Source: a virus (lineage: Duplodnaviria > Caudoviricetes). From it: DNA of 27,252 bases. Where the stretch lies: positions 1 through 27,252 of the IMG/VR virus record IMGVR_UViG_3300017780_003399; one strand, 5' to 3'. A model generated the notes under the pieces. The model searched no databases. It worked only from the letters and a program-made list of their open reading frames with translations, and was not told the origin of the DNA. This document shows, in pieces, positions 23,174-27,252 of the stretch; the first letter of the stretch is position 1; every line of letters begins with the position of its first letter. Made by a program: the position numbers and the translations under genes.

Positions 23174-23493
23174 AGCGCCGCCACCTTCCGCAGGCCATGC
23201 ATGACGCTTGTGTGATCGCGGTTGAACAGCCGGCCTATCGCGGACAAGCTATCGCCCAATTCAGCCTTGATCTCGGCCATGGCTTCCCACCGGGCATAGG
23301 CCAACTTGCGGACGTGCGATGGCCCAAGCAGCTCGGCAACCGTCACGCTGTGGGCGGTAGCAACGCGGGCGATAATAGCCATGCGTTTTTCGCGCGGTGC
23401 CTTGGCGTAGTGCCGGCTATCGACTAGCAGCACGTCACGCCAGCGGCTTGGGGCTTGCGCGCAAACGTCGCCCGGTGTATTTATTGCTTGCAT
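23170..23493 (-). CDS. Standalone DnaA C-terminal (domain IV) HTH protein
   Basis: IIARVA...VTVAELLGPS..RKLAYARWEAM...SLSAIGRLFNRDHTSVMHG matches the DnaA domain IV signature; no AAA+ domain. Confidence 0.85.
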   Translation of the reverse strand: MQAINTPGDVCAQAPSRWRDVLLVDSRHYAKAPREKRMAIIARVATAHSVTVAELLGPSHVRKLAYARWEAMAEIKAELGDSLSAIGRLFNRDHTSVMHGLRKVAAL

Positions 23494-23522
23494 CGTCCGC
23501 TCCTTCTAGCGTTGATGGTGAA

Positions 23523-23557
23523 GGGCCGGGCTGGACGTTGCCACGTTCAACCGGCCC
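23523..23557 (-). promoter_or_regulatory. Intergenic stem-loop upstream of the replication genes
   Basis: GGGCCGGUUGAACGU-GGCA-ACGUCCAGCCCGGCCC forms a long imperfect stem followed by only UUC. Confidence 0.5.
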
Positions 23558-23562
23558 GCCCT

Positions 23563-23757
23563 TTATGCCCTATTTGTTCTCACCGGGCAAGGCTCCCATG
23601 CCGGCAAGCCAATCTCCAGGCGTAAGGCGTTCATGGCCCGCATAACCTTGCCACGGCGCTTGTCATGGCCGGCTTTGGCCAGTGCAACCGCGGCCGGGTT
23701 GCGCGTATCACCGGCAAGCTGGCGACGGCGTAGGGCTTTGCGTTCGGCATAGGTCAT
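23563..23757 (-). CDS. Small basic hypothetical protein
   Basis: ATGA-coupled to rusA; GAGG RBS. Confidence 0.6.
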   Translation of the reverse strand: MTYAERKALRRRQLAGDTRNPAAVALAKAGHDKRRGKVMRAMNALRLEIGLPAWEPCPVRTNRA

Positions 23758-24095
23758 ACCATCACCTCAAACGTCACGCGCCCGCCTCGCACCGGATCGG
23801 CATAGTGATATTCAGGCGCAAAGCGGTTGTCATTTATGCCCAGCGCATCGGCAATGCCGTCAATGGCCGCTTTGACCAGATGCGGCATGTTCTGCCGATC
23901 AATGCGCCGGCTAGGCGGCTCAAACGTCACGCGCAAGGCTATGTTGCCCGTGCCAGGCAATGCCGGCCTTGGCAGGGCTTTAACAGCCCATCCTGCCTCT
24001 ACACGCGCCGCTTTCTTGACGCGGTGCAGGGCAAGCGGGTGCAGACGGGCGTTGCTGGATAGCTTGGGGCTTGGCCATGGGAGAATAATGGTCAT
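23754..24095 (-). CDS. rusA: RusA-like Holliday junction resolvase
   Basis: LPWP...SSNAR.H, F.PP.RR.D..N....K...DGIADALG.ND..F signature. Confidence 0.8.
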   Translation of the reverse strand: MTIILPWPSPKLSSNARLHPLALHRVKKAARVEAGWAVKALPRPALPGTGNIALRVTFEPPSRRIDRQNMPHLVKAAIDGIADALGINDNRFAPEYHYADPVRGGRVTFEVMV

Positions 24096-25354
24096 GACAC
24101 CATTTCCAATTCCGTTTGCAGCATTTCCACCGCTTCGCTTTCGCCATCGGCCTTGCGCTGTTTTTTCATGTCCTTAAAGCGCAGCCATGCCGCGCTCTTG
24201 GGCTGTGTCTGGCCAAGGCCCTTGCACCAGTAGTCATTACGCAGCAGGCATTTGGCCATGCGCCGCCATGACGGTGCCCATTGGTTGGCTTCAAGCTGCG
24301 GCGGGGCCTCCTGCGGTATCTCGGAATAGCCGCGACGGAACCAGCCTTGCATAAACTTGCGCATCCGGTCGGCGTAATGGTCGCGGGTTTTGGGCGGCAA
24401 CGTCCGCAGCAGCATGTTGGTGAAGCTCTGCCACGTGTGTCCAGGCGGCAACGTGATCTTGTTGTAGCCGGTCATGTTGCCAGTCTCATTGATGTAGAGC
24501 GAACCGCTGTTTACGCCATTAACGCGCGCCACCAGCTTAAACCATGTTTCAGGTTCAAGAATGTGATACAACCACAATCCCTTGCGCTGTTCATCACCAA
24601 ACGGCTGGCAAAGACGCTGTTCGGACAACGGCACGCCGGCCATTTGCATCTTATCGTAAATGGCGTTGTGCGGCTTGTCAGGGAAATGCGCGTGATAGCG
24701 CCAAATGTCATCGGTCAGCCAATCATAGATTGGATAGACGTTGTAGACCTGCTCGACAATCTTGGTTGTCCAACGCCAGCCGTTCAACATCAAATCGCGC
24801 TTTTCCCATGTCGCAATTGCGCAATAGCGGTGCAGGCTTTCTTGTGCCCTAATGCCGATAAAGCCGGCAGTCGGCTTGCCCTGGCCATACCACCGGCCAA
24901 ACATGACAATAAACTCTTCAAACTCGATGCCATCAGCCATGGCGTCAAACAAAAACGGATAATCGCCCACGTCTGTGCAGCCATGCGGCTTTGGCCTAAT
25001 CCAATCGGTTTCGCGCACCGGATCCCATGCAATCCATTGCGGTTCATAGTTTGTCAGTGCGTTGCGAAGGCGCATGGGAATGCAAATCCAGTGTGGGTCA
25101 ATGTTGTCCCGATAGAGCTGCATCATCTCTTTAACGTGCTTGATGGTGTCAGCGTATTGCGCTTCCATGTCAATATACATCACCCCGACGCGCACGCCGC
25201 GCTTGATGGCTTCTTCCATCACAAGGTGAAACATGACGCTGCTATCTTTGCCGCCAGAAAAGGCGATATAGATGCGCTCTACGCTGTCAAATGTCGCGGC
25301 TATGCGCTCCCGCGATGCTTCCAAGACGTTCTTTTGCAGATATTGCTTGCCCAT
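24092..25354 (-). CDS. ibrA: IbrA/YbdN-like PAPS-reductase-superfamily (PP-loop) protein with DUF3440-type C-terminus
   Basis: Start revised to ATG 25354 behind GAGG. AFSGGKDS, GIRAQESLHR, YPIYDW..DDIW, QRLCQPFG, PSWRRMAKCLLRNDYWCKGL. Confidence 0.85.
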   Translation of the reverse strand: MGKQYLQKNVLEASRERIAATFDSVERIYIAFSGGKDSSVMFHLVMEEAIKRGVRVGVMYIDMEAQYADTIKHVKEMMQLYRDNIDPHWICIPMRLRNALTNYEPQWIAWDPVRETDWIRPKPHGCTDVGDYPFLFDAMADGIEFEEFIVMFGRWYGQGKPTAGFIGIRAQESLHRYCAIATWEKRDLMLNGWRWTTKIVEQVYNVYPIYDWLTDDIWRYHAHFPDKPHNAIYDKMQMAGVPLSEQRLCQPFGDEQRKGLWLYHILEPETWFKLVARVNGVNSGSLYINETGNMTGYNKITLPPGHTWQSFTNMLLRTLPPKTRDHYADRMRKFMQGWFRRGYSEIPQEAPPQLEANQWAPSWRRMAKCLLRNDYWCKGLGQTQPKSAAWLRFKDMKKQRKADGESEAVEMLQTELEMVS

Positions 25355-25362
25355 GGCGAACC

Positions 25363-26508
25363 TCAATAAATGTCGGATTGGCGATTAGGGTTAGCATCGG
25401 CCATTGCCACAGCCGCGCGACCGTTGCGCCCCATCCAGTTGTTCAAAGCGCGCAAAGCGGCTTCATCAGCCGCAAGCTGTTGCGCTTCTGTCAGCAGGCC
25501 ATAGCCGCCGCGATACTCTGATGGGATGCCATGCTTGTAGCACAATGCCGCCTGGCCAAGCCATGCAATGCGGTTCATGGCAGTGTTGGTTAGGTAATGC
25601 TCGCAAGAGTGTTTCCACTCGCCGACAACGCAATCCAGCACGCGCTCAAACTCGCCAATGTCGGCCAAAAGCTCCCGGTAATATGCCCGGCAATTGTCAG
25701 CCGTCATGCCGCGCGGGGGCTTGTTCTCATAGAAGCCGGCCTTCTGACATTCCCACTTGTCGAACGTGTGGAAAATGCGGTCAGGGTCATCGGTGTTAGC
25801 CGTGCGAACCTCAATATCCTGATCGACATAATCAGCGGCAACGCCTGACAAATCGGCAAAGTCATCAGGGCTAACCGCGCCTTGAGGCTCCCACGCTTTA
25901 GAAAATTCCTGCCCTGAAAATATTTCGGTCAAGCCGCTGATCTGGCATAGCCGCAAAACTTCGTCTTGATCCATGCCAAGCTCTTTGCAGATTTTGACAT
26001 CGCTCCAATTGCGCCGCTTCAGTTCCAACACAATCTCTGACATGGCCTCGACCTTATGCTTGCCGCGCGCCCGGTTGTGCCGGATGGTGGAAGCAATGCG
26101 GTTGGACTTGTCATATTGGCCAGTGCGGATTGACACTAGGGGCAAATAGCCATGCACCCGCGCGTGAACCTCTGGCACCTCTTTGCCGACGCGGTGACGG
26201 TGGAAGCCATCGACAACCTCATAAGCGCCGCTGTCATCTGGCATCGACACAATGGGTTGCGTGTAGCCATCGGCTCGAATTGACACGCGCAGTAATTCCA
26301 TTTCTGGCGGCGCAACACTGTTGGGGTTATAGTCGTTGGCGTAAACGGCGCTGTTGGGCACCCAGCGCACAAAGTCCACCGGCTCAGACTTAAACGGCGA
26401 CACTTCATGCACAGCCGCCCGAATTGCGTTAATGGCCTCAACTTTTGCCGGCCCATCAAGCGCCTCAATTGCCGCTACAACGTTGGCGATAATCTGTTCG
26501 TCAATCAT
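25363..26508 (-). CDS. ibrB: IbrB/YbdM-like ParB/Srx-domain protein fused to an extra C-terminal domain
   Basis: EPVDFVRWV...ANDYNPNSVAPPEM.LL..SI..DGYTQPIV, VVDGFHR, STIRHNRARGKH, HTH ICKELGMDQDEVLRL, then about 140 additional residues. Confidence 0.85.
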   Translation of the reverse strand: MIDEQIIANVVAAIEALDGPAKVEAINAIRAAVHEVSPFKSEPVDFVRWVPNSAVYANDYNPNSVAPPEMELLRVSIRADGYTQPIVSMPDDSGAYEVVDGFHRHRVGKEVPEVHARVHGYLPLVSIRTGQYDKSNRIASTIRHNRARGKHKVEAMSEIVLELKRRNWSDVKICKELGMDQDEVLRLCQISGLTEIFSGQEFSKAWEPQGAVSPDDFADLSGVAADYVDQDIEVRTANTDDPDRIFHTFDKWECQKAGFYENKPPRGMTADNCRAYYRELLADIGEFERVLDCVVGEWKHSCEHYLTNTAMNRIAWLGQAALCYKHGIPSEYRGGYGLLTEAQQLAADEAALRALNNWMGRNGRAAVAMADANPNRQSDIY

Positions 26509-26530
26509 CACTCTCTCCCTTTATCCAAAC

Positions 26531-26665
26531 TCACCATAGCACCCTCACCCAAAGCGCCGCCTCAACCTTTGCCCGGCTAATCCCCATCCAACCGGCTATG
26601 CGGGGGATAGAGTAGCCCTGCCAATAAAGACGGCGGGCTTTTAGCTTCCATGGGGGGAGCATCAT
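26531..26665 (-). CDS. 44-aa HTH mini-protein (not in ORF track)
   Basis: MMLPPWKLKARRLYWQGYSIPRIAGWMGISRAKVEAALWVRVLW*; ATGA-coupled to the upstream gene. Confidence 0.65.
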   Translation of the reverse strand: MMLPPWKLKARRLYWQGYSIPRIAGWMGISRAKVEAALWVRVLW

Positions 26666-27252
26666 GCTACTTTCCCAATTTCACGCCATGCATCCGGGTT
26701 CCAGCCGCGCTTGATGGCCTCTGTCACGATTTCAGCGCCGGTCATGACAATGCCCCGGAATAGGTAGCCTTCCAAAATGGAACGATGCACCGAACGCGGA
26801 TAGCAGGCACCAAACCGTTGCAGATACCGCATGGCCTGCTTTTCCCGGCTGATAATTGGATGACTGTTCATGTTGGATTGCATCGGTTTAAGAAAGGGCT
26901 GGCCACCGTTGCCACGGTTGCGCGCTGCCATGTTCTTGCCGCCGATGCTTGCCGCCTGATCGCGCCGCCGCTGGCCATTTTCCAGCACAGCATCACGCAC
27001 CGATTGCGGCTGTTTTTCCAGCCAACGGTTGATGGTTTTGCGGCTGCGCTTGTAATATTCAATAAGCTGCGGCATCGCCATGGCTATACAATTGTCGGCA
27101 AAGTCATCAGGGATCGGAGTTGCAACGATGCCACCCTTGGCCGCGCCAATGTCCTTGCGGGCCTTCATGCCCTCTTGCCGGCAATGCTCAAACAGGTCTG
27201 GCCGATGTTGCTTCATCGTGCGCCAAAGCGAGGAGCTGCGCACGCCGATAAC
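26662..27252 (-). CDS. Hypothetical protein with HTH-like segments (5' end probably beyond the window)
   Basis: Frame is open to base 27252; LIEYYKRSRKTINRWL is HTH-like. Confidence 0.65.
   Translation of the reverse strand, partial: VIGVRSSSLWRTMKQHRPDLFEHCRQEGMKARKDIGAAKGGIVATPIPDDFADNCIAMAMPQLIEYYKRSRKTINRWLEKQPQSVRDAVLENGQRRRDQAASIGGKNMAARNRGNGGQPFLKPMQSNMNSHPIISREKQAMRYLQRFGACYPRSVHRSILEGYLFRGIVMTGAEIVTEAIKRGWNPDAWREIGKVA

Noticed and set aside
24281-25369. 362-aa plus-strand ORF opposite ibrA
   Set aside because: Mirrors the ibrA reading frame; no domain features.
1-27252. CRISPR array, DGR/reverse transcriptase, tRNA, integrase/att site, IS element, genetic-code reassignment
   Set aside because: None seen by eye: no spaced repeat arrays or RT/recombinase motifs, and the core genes translate intact with the standard code.

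Overview
This is about 27 kb of a tailed dsDNA phage or prophage with P22-like podovirus morphogenesis genes, probably infecting a GC-rich alphaproteobacterium (host is inference). Almost all genes are on the minus strand and are chained by ATGA/GTGA/TAATG overlaps. In transcription order (right to left) the genes are: HTH proteins, an IbrB-like ParB/Srx fusion and an IbrA-like PP-loop protein, RusA, a standalone DnaA C-terminal domain, a replication initiator and putative loader, a TGT/DpdA-like protein, a nucleoside deoxyribosyltransferase, an XRE-sigma4 regulator, terS, terL, GNAT, portal, an inserted fibre-like block, scaffold, coat, decoration protein, gp4/gp10/gp26-like tail proteins, three ejection proteins, a tail fibre, and a membrane/lysis cassette. 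A convergent plus-strand XRE gene sits at the left edge. The most striking observation is that the TGT/DpdA-like gene is split by a +1 frameshift at CCG-TTT-CGC. Its predicted catalytic SADST motif and a terminal QLGLW motif exist only in the shifted frame, which overlaps another plausible gene. It lies beside an NDT gene and near the ParB/PP-loop pair, suggesting an uncharacterised DNA base-modification pathway. A second candidate system is a small protein + 5-TM protein + two-Cys membrane protein coupled to holin and spanin genes, with no endolysin visible. All family calls come from reading motifs by eye; no database searches were run.
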